A stretch of 13,228 nucleotides of DNA from Candidatus Nanohaloarchaea archaeon (GCA_046539225.1 JBKHHG010000021.1:1-13228); one strand, 5' to 3'. Shown: positions 1 through 8,303, counted from the first letter of the stretch. Notes: generated from the sequence alone by a model not told the origin. Translations and numbers: made by a program.

Positions 1-666
1 TTACTGGAAGAATACGCCGTCTTTGACCGCGGGCTTGAACTCGGATTCTCGTGTCTTGCTTTGCAGTGGTTCTTCGCCGTGGTATTTTCTGATGTACTGG
101 AAGTAGTCGTAGAGTCTTTGTCTTGCGTATTCTCCGTCGTATTCTACCATTTCTTCTGCGATGAAAGACATGAAGGCCTTTTTGAACAGTTTGTTTAATG
201 GGTAGGCGAGTATTCTTGGGAGGAGCTGTATGCCTGAGGGCATATCGTATTTTATGTCGAGGTCTACCTGGTACTCTACGAATGCGAAGTTGTTTTCGCC
301 TCCTGGCGGGGCCTTGGTCTTAATTGAGGGTGTTATCCTGAGGCTGCCTTTGTCGCTGGGCAGGTCTTCGGAGTTGTCCATCACTGCTTCGAATTCGCCT
401 GTGTCTCGGTGTTCGTAGTAGAATTTTTCGTAGGCCCGCCCCATGTCGATGTTACCGAAGACGTACTTGTGTTCTTTGTAGATTGTGGGGACGTTCGGGC
501 TTTCGTACCATTCGAGCTTTGTCTGGATGGTAACCCAGTCGCCCTGGAACAGGTGTATATCGCTCCATAGGCTGTCCCTTTCCTTGAATCTTTCCTCGTC
601 TTCTATTTTGTAGGTGCCGGGGAAGTGGAACCATGGCAGTATTTTCTTTTTCAGGAGTCCTGTCAT
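1..666 (-). CDS. Hypothetical protein, 221 aa; most divergent member of a three-paralog cluster
   Basis: Complete ORF (ATG 666, TAA 1-3). It starts 2 nt after the stop of the upstream gene. Acidic composition. Segments 'NVPTIYKE...YEKFYYEHRDTGEFEA' and the C-terminal aromatic helices align by eye with the 1285-1731 product. Confidence 0.85.
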   Translation of the reverse strand: MTGLLKKKILPWFHFPGTYKIEDEERFKERDSLWSDIHLFQGDWVTIQTKLEWYESPNVPTIYKEHKYVFGNIDMGRAYEKFYYEHRDTGEFEAVMDNSEDLPSDKGSLRITPSIKTKAPPGGENNFAFVEYQVDLDIKYDMPSGIQLLPRILAYPLNKLFKKAFMSFIAEEMVEYDGEYARQRLYDYFQYIRKYHGEEPLQSKTRESEFKPAVKDGVFFQ

Positions 667-668
667 TT

Positions 669-1280
669 TTATCCCCAGTTAGGCCTGTAGTGGGATCTTC
701 CGCTTGCTCCAATGGTTTTCTCCACGCCGAACTTCTGCCTTAACAGGTCGTGAACCCTTAGAACTGTCTCCTCGGCCTCTTCCTCGTATCTGTGGATCTG
801 TTTGGAGTAGAACTTGTCGTGCCAGATTGAGACCAAGACCTTGTAAAGCTTGGAGTTCTGGAAGGTGGAGGGGTCTTCCGCCATCAGGTTTGAGCCGCCT
901 ATACTGTTGTCCGTCACCGGGGCTGGCTCCCATGGAGTACTGTTTCTTCCAGGGTAATATGTCAGGATCTCGGCGCTTCCTGCAAACTTTGCCTTGAGTA
1001 TGTCGTCAGGCCTCTCCATCGTGTAGATGGTCTTCGGGGGCTTCACTCTTAGCTGGAAGTCGTAGTGGATCAGTGTATGCGGGCTTTTCTCCTTGTAGGC
1101 GTGAAGCCTTACCTTGTCCTTGGGTTTTTGCACGTTGAACTCGTTGTGGCCTTCTTCCAGCCTGTCCATCTCGAACTCGTTTACAAGCAGGTCCTTTATG
1201 CCGCGGTAGATCCTTGCCGGGTCCTCCTTTACAAAGAGGTGGTCGTCCTTTGTAAAGCCGCCGTCCTTGAACTCCACCAT
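669..1280 (-). CDS. Hypothetical protein, about 203 aa; paralog of 1285-1731
   Basis: The ORF track starts at GTG 1310, but ATG 1280 (MVEFK) is preceded by GGAGG and lies 4 nt after the upstream TGA, so it is the likelier start. Shares DP..IY..IKDLL / TYYPG / QNSKLY...Y...EE motifs with the neighbour. Confidence 0.85.
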   Translation of the reverse strand: MVEFKDGGFTKDDHLFVKEDPARIYRGIKDLLVNEFEMDRLEEGHNEFNVQKPKDKVRLHAYKEKSPHTLIHYDFQLRVKPPKTIYTMERPDDILKAKFAGSAEILTYYPGRNSTPWEPAPVTDNSIGGSNLMAEDPSTFQNSKLYKVLVSIWHDKFYSKQIHRYEEEAEETVLRVHDLLRQKFGVEKTIGASGRSHYRPNWG

Positions 1281-1284
1281 TTTT

Positions 1285-1731
1285 TCAGGCCTCCATTGTC
1301 TCCCGGACACGGGTCATCAGGTTTTCAAGCTTCTCCTCAACCGCCGGCTCGTAGCCCTCTCTTACTCCTCCGTAGAGGAACTCGTCGTAGAGCGATCTAT
1401 AGGCGTAGTACCATATAGTGTTCTGCCACGGCATATCACCTGGATACTCCGTGACAAGCTTCGCCTTTATCTGGAGATCAAGCTCGTTCTTCTCAGACTT
1501 TATAGTCAGGAAGATCTCAAGCTTCTCCACAGTATACTTGTCGAATGCCTCTACAGTATGTATCCGGGCCCTTATCCTGCCGGATTCCACGTCGTTAAAG
1601 TACTTGTCTTCATGGACATGGTCGAAAGACATCCTGGACTCGAGAAGCTCCCGGAGCTCGGAGTAAACATTCTCCGGCTCCTCAACCACTATGGTCTGGC
1701 GTCTCCGGGCGACTTCCTCGATAATCTCCAT
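1285..1731 (-). CDS. Hypothetical protein, 148 aa; minimal-length member of the paralog cluster
   Basis: Complete acidic ORF with ATG 1731 and TGA 1285-1287. Motifs EPENVYSELRELL, LVTEYPG and WQNTIWY recur in the downstream gene. Confidence 0.85.
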   Translation of the reverse strand: MEIIEEVARRRQTIVVEEPENVYSELRELLESRMSFDHVHEDKYFNDVESGRIRARIHTVEAFDKYTVEKLEIFLTIKSEKNELDLQIKAKLVTEYPGDMPWQNTIWYYAYRSLYDEFLYGGVREGYEPAVEEKLENLMTRVRETMEA

Positions 1732-1754
1732 AAACTACCTATAGTTACAGGCCT

Positions 1755-1767
1755 AAAAAAAGCAAAG
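1755..1767 (-). terminator. Oligo-T tract after the CBS gene (archaeal-type terminator); may double as the TATA element for the 1731 gene
   Basis: The minus strand reads CTTTGCTTTTTTT just after the TAA at 1771. The T7 run is 24-30 nt upstream of ATG 1731. Confidence 0.4.
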
Positions 1768-1770
1768 GGT

Positions 1771-2301
1771 TTAACGGCACTCCGGGCAGAGCAAAAGCCC
1801 GTTCACCTCTCTCAAATCCTCGGAGTAGTTCTCGCATTCTTCGCACGTCCCGGACTGCGACTCCGGCATAGGAGAGGCCTCAGCATTTAACTCGATTTCC
1901 TCGCCTATGATCTCGGCGTAGCCAGGCCACGCACGGAGAATATCGCTCTGTGTTACTATGCCTGTCAGCATGTCGCCCTCCACGATCGGCACCCGGGAGA
2001 TACTGTTCTGGGTCATCGCCATCGCCACCTCGTCAAGGTACTCGTCAGCCTCGGCGACAATCAGATCTGTGCTCATAACTTCGCTTACCGGAGTCTCCCC
2101 AGGGTCAAGGCCTTCAGAAACTACTTCATAGACTATATCTCTGCAGACCACGACTCCAACCGCCTCGCCCTCATCGACCACTACAAGGCCTCTGATACCT
2201 TCCTCTTCAAGCAGTTCGGCGGCCTGTTTAACGGTTTCATCTTGTTCGACAGCGATAACGCCGTCCGTCATTACTTCCCGGATCTCAACATTGTTTTCCA
2301 T
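1771..2301 (-). CDS. CBS-domain pair protein with C-terminal CxxC...CxxC zinc ribbon
   Basis: Two CBS repeats (IREVMT...IRGLVVVD..AVGVVVCRDI; VSEVMS...ISRVPIVE..LTGIVTQSDIL), followed by CEEC-x15-CPEC. This is a common euryarchaeal architecture. Confidence 0.92.
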   Translation of the reverse strand: MENNVEIREVMTDGVIAVEQDETVKQAAELLEEEGIRGLVVVDEGEAVGVVVCRDIVYEVVSEGLDPGETPVSEVMSTDLIVAEADEYLDEVAMAMTQNSISRVPIVEGDMLTGIVTQSDILRAWPGYAEIIGEEIELNAEASPMPESQSGTCEECENYSEDLREVNGLLLCPECR

Positions 2302-2340
2302 AAAGAACGAAGAGGATCAAAACCTAATTAATGTTGTGAT

Positions 2341-3246
2341 TCACTGAGTTCCTGGAAGAATATTGACTGCGTCGGATTGCTCGCCTTCCTCAACGACCTC
2401 GAAATTAAGGCCTGTCTTCTCAAGTAATTCCTGGGTTTCAGGGATTATGCGATAGTTTCCAGCCTTTACCTTAAGATCCATCATCTTGAGCCTTTGGCCT
2501 TTTATCTCCGGAGATAAATCTATAGGCCTGAACCCCTGACTGTAGAGTTCACGCGAGATAGGATATGCAACAGGTTCTGAAGTGTCAAGGTTTGCCTCTG
2601 TAGCCCAGAACTCTTCTGTGTTAAGAGAAGCGATTTCTTCTTCAATCTGATCCACAGTCGTTTCTCCTTCCCCAACTTCTAATGACATGAAGCCGGTCTC
2701 CTTGCCTCCTCCGCCTTCTATCTTTCCGGCCCCGAACGACCCTCTGATCTCGCTGTTTTCTGGCTTACGATAGTTGATTTCTCTGGCGTTACAGAGAGAG
2801 GCCTCAGTAAATTCCCTGAGTTCCTCAGGAATATACGCTTCTATTTCCTCGTCTATCTTCCAGAGATTAAGATTAAAACCTCCTCCGGCCTCTGATCGAA
2901 CATCACTTACTACAGGGCCGGTATCAAAACCTGAGGCTTCAAAACCTCTGTCCTGTATCATGTGTTGAACTTTGCCATTCATCGAGGTGGCGTATGCGTA
3001 GAGCGTTTCAACGTCAGTGTTTTCCATCAGAAAATCCATCAGAGAACTCGCAACATCTCTGTCTTGGTATTCAGAAAAGACCTCTATGTATTCCAGGACG
3101 CCTGTCTCTTCACTCTCAGAGTATGCCGCCGCCCCAAGCACATTCCCAGCTTCCTCAGCTACGTATATGGCCGTGTTCTCGTCATCTCGGTACAGTTTCA
3201 TCGATGGAGGTAAAGAACAGTCCTCTCCGGCAAAACCCACATTCAT
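2341..3246 (-). CDS. GNAT-family N-acetyltransferase-like protein, 301 aa, probably with a degenerate second domain
   Basis: GNAT pattern 'IYVAEEAGNVLGAAAY...LEYIEVFSEYQDRDVASSLMDFL' (motif A-like) and 'QHMIQDRGF' (motif B-like). A second 'ELYSQGF' segment occurs in the C-terminal half. Confidence 0.7.
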   Translation of the reverse strand: MNVGFAGEDCSLPPSMKLYRDDENTAIYVAEEAGNVLGAAAYSESEETGVLEYIEVFSEYQDRDVASSLMDFLMENTDVETLYAYATSMNGKVQHMIQDRGFEASGFDTGPVVSDVRSEAGGGFNLNLWKIDEEIEAYIPEELREFTEASLCNAREINYRKPENSEIRGSFGAGKIEGGGGKETGFMSLEVGEGETTVDQIEEEIASLNTEEFWATEANLDTSEPVAYPISRELYSQGFRPIDLSPEIKGQRLKMMDLKVKAGNYRIIPETQELLEKTGLNFEVVEEGEQSDAVNILPGTQ

Positions 3247-3276
3247 ATTTATGACTCGCCAATAACAGATAAAAGT

Positions 3277-6200
3277 TTATGTGAACTGTTTCAAACCGCT
3301 CTGGCGTTGATCCTTTCCGAACAGGCTTTGCAGTGTCCTGTTCAAAACCAGCACCTGCTGCCTGAGGTAGGGCGTGACCTCGTACTCCTCGATTATATCC
3401 TTGCTGGGCTGCATATACTTCTTTATGGTTCCCTCGGAAATCGTCAGTAAGACCTTGCCGCCGCATTCAGGGCACTGCGCAGTGGTTTTTCCTGTAGGGG
3501 CGATGGTCTGGTTTGTCATAGGCACTCTTCTGAACTTTTCATTGCAGTCGACGCACCGCATCTCCTGGGAAGAGAAGGAGCGGAGATTTCCTCTTATATC
3601 CGGTAAAAAGTGTTTCTGCAGCAGCAGCTCCGCCACGTTGTCCACATCGCAGGCCTTGATCTTCTCACCGATCTCAAGCTGGGCAGATGTCTTCTCGCTC
3701 ATCTCGTCGAGCGTAACGTACTCCGACTGCTCAGGCCCGTCATCTATATCGCTTGTTTCATGGGTGTAGCCATGAGTGAAAGGATCATCGCTGTGAACAA
3801 TATCCTCTCCTAACTCGATCTCGCAGTCAAGCTCCCAGGGCTTCTTGTACTCCTGGGTCTCGTAGTAAAACTCAAGAGGATACTCGCTGACCGTTTCGAT
3901 CGCCCAGGCCTCATCGTCGATCTCATCAGGATTCAAGACGTTTGAAAGAATCAACGGCGCATCCATGGTGTTGTGAGCGAAGATAGGATGTGGGCCGCAC
4001 AGGAAATTTTGCTGTCCTGGAACCTCTAGATCATAGACATATTCGCTGCCGTAGTCGACTTCTTCTACTTCTCTCACCCTCTCAACATATATATCTCCTT
4101 CCACAGCTTTTTCAAGAGAGTAAAGGCCTTGGTTGTAAAGATCCTCGACTCTCTGCTTAGAGGCTGTCTTCATTCTTTTATTTTCTCTATCGTTGGAGAA
4201 GGCTTGTTTAATCTCTTCGTAGCTTTTTCCTTTCTCTCTCAGTGTTTCTCTTCCCTCTTCAAGAAGATTCCAGAGAGGCCAGTAAGGATCTTTATTCCCC
4301 CACTCTGAATAGAGGACCTCCCATGTTCCTCCATTCTGCCTTGTAGATGACTTGTAGCCAAGTTTCCGCACCAAAAGAGAAAGCTGTGCCGCCATCTCAC
4401 CGCTTTTAGTGTAAAGCTTCGAGAAACCTTTTTCATCATAGACAGAGCCATCGCCGTCTCTATAGGCTTCTATAAATGCCTCTAATTTCTTCATATCGGC
4501 GCCAAAAACAAAGCTTGGAACCTTTTTCGAGTCGAAGTTTTCTCTCTCCAGTCCAAGCTCTTCCAAAGCCTTCATGAAAGTTGCTGGAACCCTAACCGCG
4601 TAGCAGGTTTTCCTGCCCTCTCTGACATCTTCCTTGATTTTGGGCCTCACACCTGTAAGCTTTTCTATACAGCGGACAGCATCATCTATAATCTCTCGAT
4701 CTGTGTTGTAGATATCTCCTCTGTCCAGCGCACCCTCCGACAAGAGGTATCCAAGAAGCCTGTAAAGCTCCTCGCAGTCTTTAAACTTTCTCTCCACTGG
4801 TTCTGCGTTAGCCCTCAGCCTTACCTTACATGATGGAACGGTACCGACCGTCTTATAGAATTTTAGAGGCGCGTCCCTTCTGAAAGTCTTATACCTGTAA
4901 ACATTGTTCTCTCCAAACTCTTCTTTTATCGTGGGCGTGACTTTCTGCTCTATCTCTTTCTTTAGCACTTCCTTCTCGTCTTCAGGAACAGAAACATAGC
5001 ATTCCTCATCCGACAGCACTTCAAACAAGTCGATCTTCTCTCCAAGGCCCTCAACCCCAAGTTCTGGGTTAGAAGGAGCTACTATACAGTCTCCTGCCTC
5101 CAGTTCTCTAACAGGTTTAGCCTCTATTTCACGTCCTTCAGTCACGAATACGCTGTGATCTCCAGTGACGGAGATGCTTCCTCTCGATGTCTTGACTTTA
5201 AACACGTTCTTATCGTTTTCATGTCTTATCAGCGCAGATACATCTCTGAACTCGACTTCGCCCGATTCCCTGTCGAATGATACGGCCTTTATATCATCGC
5301 TGAAGCTTCTTGATACTTCAAAGCCGTCAGGCCTAGTTTCAAACCTTTCTTTCTCCAGAACTTCGTCTATAAGATCATCAGCTCTTGGAGCCTGAATATC
5401 TCCATTTCTCTTTACGACAATCCGAGTGTCTCCCGTGATACTTCTCGCGCCGGTCATGTCCGGTAAAAAGTCGCGTGAAAAGTTCAGCAACCCATCCATT
5501 AACAGTAGGATCGCGTCCTCGTCTCCGTCCGCGTTTCTGCGCTTCGCTGCATGCCAGTAGGGGTGAGCGTACATTCCCTTCGCCTTTGTGAAACCGATTA
5601 TTCTTCCAACGGTTCCTCCGGATGTGTGGGGTGCGAGGCCTATCACGAGCTCGCCTATCAGGTCTTCTTTCGACTCCGCGTTGTAGAAACCCTCCAAACC
5701 GTAAAACTCTTCAAGCAGCTCGTCGACAAAGTTCGCCACATTTACAAAGTAGTCCGAGGCCGGAAGGGTCTTGTCGGACTCCGGAATAACGATATCCTGT
5801 GGCTTCAGCGCAACCACCTGGTCCTCTCTCTCCAATCTGTTTCCGTCAACATCTTCTTTGTAGCCCATTTCCCTGAGTTTTTCGACGGGTGCATTGATCT
5901 CTTTAGGCCTGAAATGAGTTAAGGGTATATCAAGCGCGTCGTACCTGACAGTCGCGTCCTTGTTGACGTATAGACCGTATTTCTGGCGTAGAAGGCCTTT
6001 TTCAATTGGCTCGACGTGTTTATGCTTTGAGGTCATGCCTCTGAACGATTTCAAAAGTTCTGGAGGCTCTCTCATCCCCAGGTTTTCAAGCGCATCGTCC
6101 ATCATCGACTTTACATCGATACTTGCCTCTTTAAACCTCTGGAAGCTGTCGTTGCCGCAGCTGTCGCATTCATCGGGCTTTTCCTCGTGTTGTTGCTTGC

Positions 6201-8226
6201 AGCTGCTGCAGAACCAGATGGGATCGGCCGGAGCATCGCATTCGCGGCAGAAAGCGTAGTGCGTTATTTCCCCGCATTCTGTACATCTGTTATGTATTAT
6301 TTCTTCTCTTACAAGGCCTTCTTTGCTGTGAAGCGTGTTGTTGTAGGATGCTGAAAGGTTTCTCATCCTTCCACCTTCTTTCTTGCCGCAGGGGAAGACA
6401 AGCTGTGGATCGCCGTTCAGGGTTCTTCTCTCGGCTTTTTCAGGCCTCCCCATTCTTGCGCCCATGTAATGCGTGACCTGTCGGCCGACTTCAAGGCCTG
6501 AAACCTTTTCAATAAACTCGGGGATGTCTTCTGAGGCCTGTACAGAGCCGAGTTTTTCGGTACTGTCTTCTTCAGCGTTTAACAAAATTTCGAGGGATTT
6601 TCTATCGTTTTCGCGTATTTCTCCGTCTTCATGCTGTACAAGGCCTTCCTCCATTGCGTTCAAGGCCTTTTCTTCGTCGTGTTCTTTTCCCAGAATCTTT
6701 CTGTAGAGATGTTTGAAGTCTTCCGGGTCGATGTCTCTGTAGTGGTGGGTCCATCTCGGATGCATTCTGATGTCTAAAGCTTGGGAGATCTTCTCTGCTT
6801 CTTCCGGCGTCGGTGTCCTGTCGGAGAAGTCTTTCCCGAGCTCCATATCTTTTTCTTCAAGAGCTTTTTCGAGCTCGAGCTCCCACCACTCATCGACAAA
6901 AGGGGAGGGCACGAGTTTCTTGCCGTTTTCAATGAACTCGCCGTAAGTTACAAGCATATCCCCCATGAACAGGATCTGGTCTATCCTGTCTTCTATCTCT
7001 TTGGCTTCCTGCCTTGTGTCGATTCTTCTGACCTCTCCGCTTTTGAGCCTGACAACAGGAGGCTCTATGCTGTCGCAGGGTGTTCCAACCGTTGCTTTCC
7101 CAGGATACTCTACTTTCAGCTGCGTACCGATAGCTATAAACCTCTGGGATATCTCCATTGTCGCAGGATGGAATGAAACCGCTGCTAAACCGTTGGTCCT
7201 TGAGTGGCCGTACCGCAGCCGGAAACCGCCTTTCCTGCCAGGATGGGCGAACACAGGCCGGCCAGCCGTAAGAGAGCCGAGGTACTTGTCGCTGGGAGTG
7301 TATTTCGATTCCTCTTCTTCCTCTTCCTCGTCTCCAGAGCTGTGGATCTCTTTCTGAAGCTTGAGGTAGTCCTCCACCCACTCCCAGTGTTCAAGTCCGA
7401 AGGCTTTACCCCATTTCTCGATACGTTTCTTGATCTTTGGAGCTTTCAAAGGTAATCCATCAAGATATACGAGGCACATCCCTCCCCTAATCCTGTTTGT
7501 CTTGACGCGGTCAAGATCCTTGTAGTTCGAGACATCAAGCTCTTCAGTCGGACTGCCCGTAACCTCCACAGGAACGTTGCTCGCGATCTTCTTGGTCTCC
7601 TCCCTGGTAGGATTATACTGTTTCGCCGTTACACGGTTATAGTAATCCTCTACCTCGGTTGCGTAACGGTTCAAAACAGTATCAGAAGGCTTGAACTCGT
7701 CAAGGCCTACACCTATCCTCACGTAGTCCGCGATCAAGACGCTCATAGCGCTTGCGGTTCCTCCAGCCGACCTGATAGGCCCAGAGTAGTACACCGCCAA
7801 GTAACTCGAACCATCATCGTTTTTACGAATCTTTACATCGCCTATTCCCTCGAGGGGTGCGGTCGTGATCCCTCCAGTCATGTAAGATACTCCGACACGG
7901 ATACCTGCGTCACAGGCCCGCTCCCTCTCCTCAAAATCGTGAAACCTTCCCTCGGCGATCTCACGGGCGATCTGGAACGCCACACGTTCATCATTTTTTC
8001 CGTACTCCTCCTCTAACCCTCGGATTCTGTCCGCGACGCCTGAATCCTCGAGCTCAGGGAACTGGGCCGCAATCACAAGAGAAGAGGCCTTTTCCGGCAA
8101 GTCAGTCGCGACAGGGATATCCACACGTTGCTCAGGATCCTTTGACTGTTTTCGAGCATCTCTCGCGACTTCATAGGCCTTCTCCGTCTCTTCAGCTATC
8201 TTTTCAAAGTACTCCTCAGTTTTCAT
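3277..8226 (-). CDS. polC: DNA polymerase D large subunit DP2, intein-containing precursor (1649 aa; about 1158 aa after splicing)
   Basis: DP2 hallmarks: APLEGI, YYSGPIRSAGGTA, RIRGGMCLV, GRPVF..P...GGFRLRYG.SR.NG, GTQLKVE.PGK, GARMGRPEK, catalytic HAAKRRNxDGDED, MDAPL, Zn fingers, and a C-terminal PIP-like QSGLKQF. AGGTG ribosome-binding site before the ATG. Confidence 0.98.
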   Translation of the reverse strand: MKTEEYFEKIAEETEKAYEVARDARKQSKDPEQRVDIPVATDLPEKASSLVIAAQFPELEDSGVADRIRGLEEEYGKNDERVAFQIAREIAEGRFHDFEERERACDAGIRVGVSYMTGGITTAPLEGIGDVKIRKNDDGSSYLAVYYSGPIRSAGGTASAMSVLIADYVRIGVGLDEFKPSDTVLNRYATEVEDYYNRVTAKQYNPTREETKKIASNVPVEVTGSPTEELDVSNYKDLDRVKTNRIRGGMCLVYLDGLPLKAPKIKKRIEKWGKAFGLEHWEWVEDYLKLQKEIHSSGDEEEEEEESKYTPSDKYLGSLTAGRPVFAHPGRKGGFRLRYGHSRTNGLAAVSFHPATMEISQRFIAIGTQLKVEYPGKATVGTPCDSIEPPVVRLKSGEVRRIDTRQEAKEIEDRIDQILFMGDMLVTYGEFIENGKKLVPSPFVDEWWELELEKALEEKDMELGKDFSDRTPTPEEAEKISQALDIRMHPRWTHHYRDIDPEDFKHLYRKILGKEHDEEKALNAMEEGLVQHEDGEIRENDRKSLEILLNAEEDSTEKLGSVQASEDIPEFIEKVSGLEVGRQVTHYMGARMGRPEKAERRTLNGDPQLVFPCGKKEGGRMRNLSASYNNTLHSKEGLVREEIIHNRCTECGEITHYAFCRECDAPADPIWFCSSCKQQHEEKPDECDSCGNDSFQRFKEASIDVKSMMDDALENLGMREPPELLKSFRGMTSKHKHVEPIEKGLLRQKYGLYVNKDATVRYDALDIPLTHFRPKEINAPVEKLREMGYKEDVDGNRLEREDQVVALKPQDIVIPESDKTLPASDYFVNVANFVDELLEEFYGLEGFYNAESKEDLIGELVIGLAPHTSGGTVGRIIGFTKAKGMYAHPYWHAAKRRNADGDEDAILLLMDGLLNFSRDFLPDMTGARSITGDTRIVVKRNGDIQAPRADDLIDEVLEKERFETRPDGFEVSRSFSDDIKAVSFDRESGEVEFRDVSALIRHENDKNVFKVKTSRGSISVTGDHSVFVTEGREIEAKPVRELEAGDCIVAPSNPELGVEGLGEKIDLFEVLSDEECYVSVPEDEKEVLKKEIEQKVTPTIKEEFGENNVYRYKTFRRDAPLKFYKTVGTVPSCKVRLRANAEPVERKFKDCEELYRLLGYLLSEGALDRGDIYNTDREIIDDAVRCIEKLTGVRPKIKEDVREGRKTCYAVRVPATFMKALEELGLERENFDSKKVPSFVFGADMKKLEAFIEAYRDGDGSVYDEKGFSKLYTKSGEMAAQLSLLVRKLGYKSSTRQNGGTWEVLYSEWGNKDPYWPLWNLLEEGRETLREKGKSYEEIKQAFSNDRENKRMKTASKQRVEDLYNQGLYSLEKAVEGDIYVERVREVEEVDYGSEYVYDLEVPGQQNFLCGPHPIFAHNTMDAPLILSNVLNPDEIDDEAWAIETVSEYPLEFYYETQEYKKPWELDCEIELGEDIVHSDDPFTHGYTHETSDIDDGPEQSEYVTLDEMSEKTSAQLEIGEKIKACDVDNVAELLLQKHFLPDIRGNLRSFSSQEMRCVDCNEKFRRVPMTNQTIAPTGKTTAQCPECGGKVLLTISEGTIKKYMQPSKDIIEEYEVTPYLRQQVLVLNRTLQSLFGKDQRQSGLKQFT
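3970..5442 (-). mobile_element. Intein (491 aa) with LAGLIDADG homing endonuclease, inside DP2
   Basis: Block A SITGDTRIVV starts at Ser (codon 5442-5440). Block B SVTGDHSVF, block C LLGYLLSEG, block E FIEAYRDGDGS, block F YVYDLEVPGQQNF. It ends in His-Asn (3975-3970) followed by +1 Thr. Removal restores FLPDMTGAR-TMDAPL. Confidence 0.95.
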
Positions 8227-8251
8227 TCTGACACCTGCCCAATGTATTTGA

Positions 8252-8303
8252 AAGCGATGCCGTGAGGCATGGCTTCTGATGATGAAACTTTCAGAAGTTT
8301 CAT
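8252..8303. repeat. Two adjacent inverted repeats in the DP1-DP2 spacer
   Basis: AAGC-G-ATGCC-gtga-GGCAT-G-GCTT (8252-8275) and perfect ATGAAACTT-tcag-AAGTTTCAT (8282-8303). Confidence 0.7.

Noticed and set aside
230..1890. Alternative ORFs, including 1267-1890 (+, 207 aa), 1065-1418 and 704-997
   Set aside because: They are antisense or off-frame shadows of the acidic, coupled minus-strand genes, with no motifs and atypical composition.
7311..7333. TCT/TCC low-complexity run
   Set aside because: It encodes the acidic DEEEEEEE linker of DP2 and is an ordinary variable loop.
8250..8303. Hammerhead ribozyme suggested by GAAA-stem-UU and CTGATGA-stem
   Set aside because: There is no room for stem I between the putative cleavage site and CUGAUGA, and no GAAA closes the second stem, so the topology does not fit.
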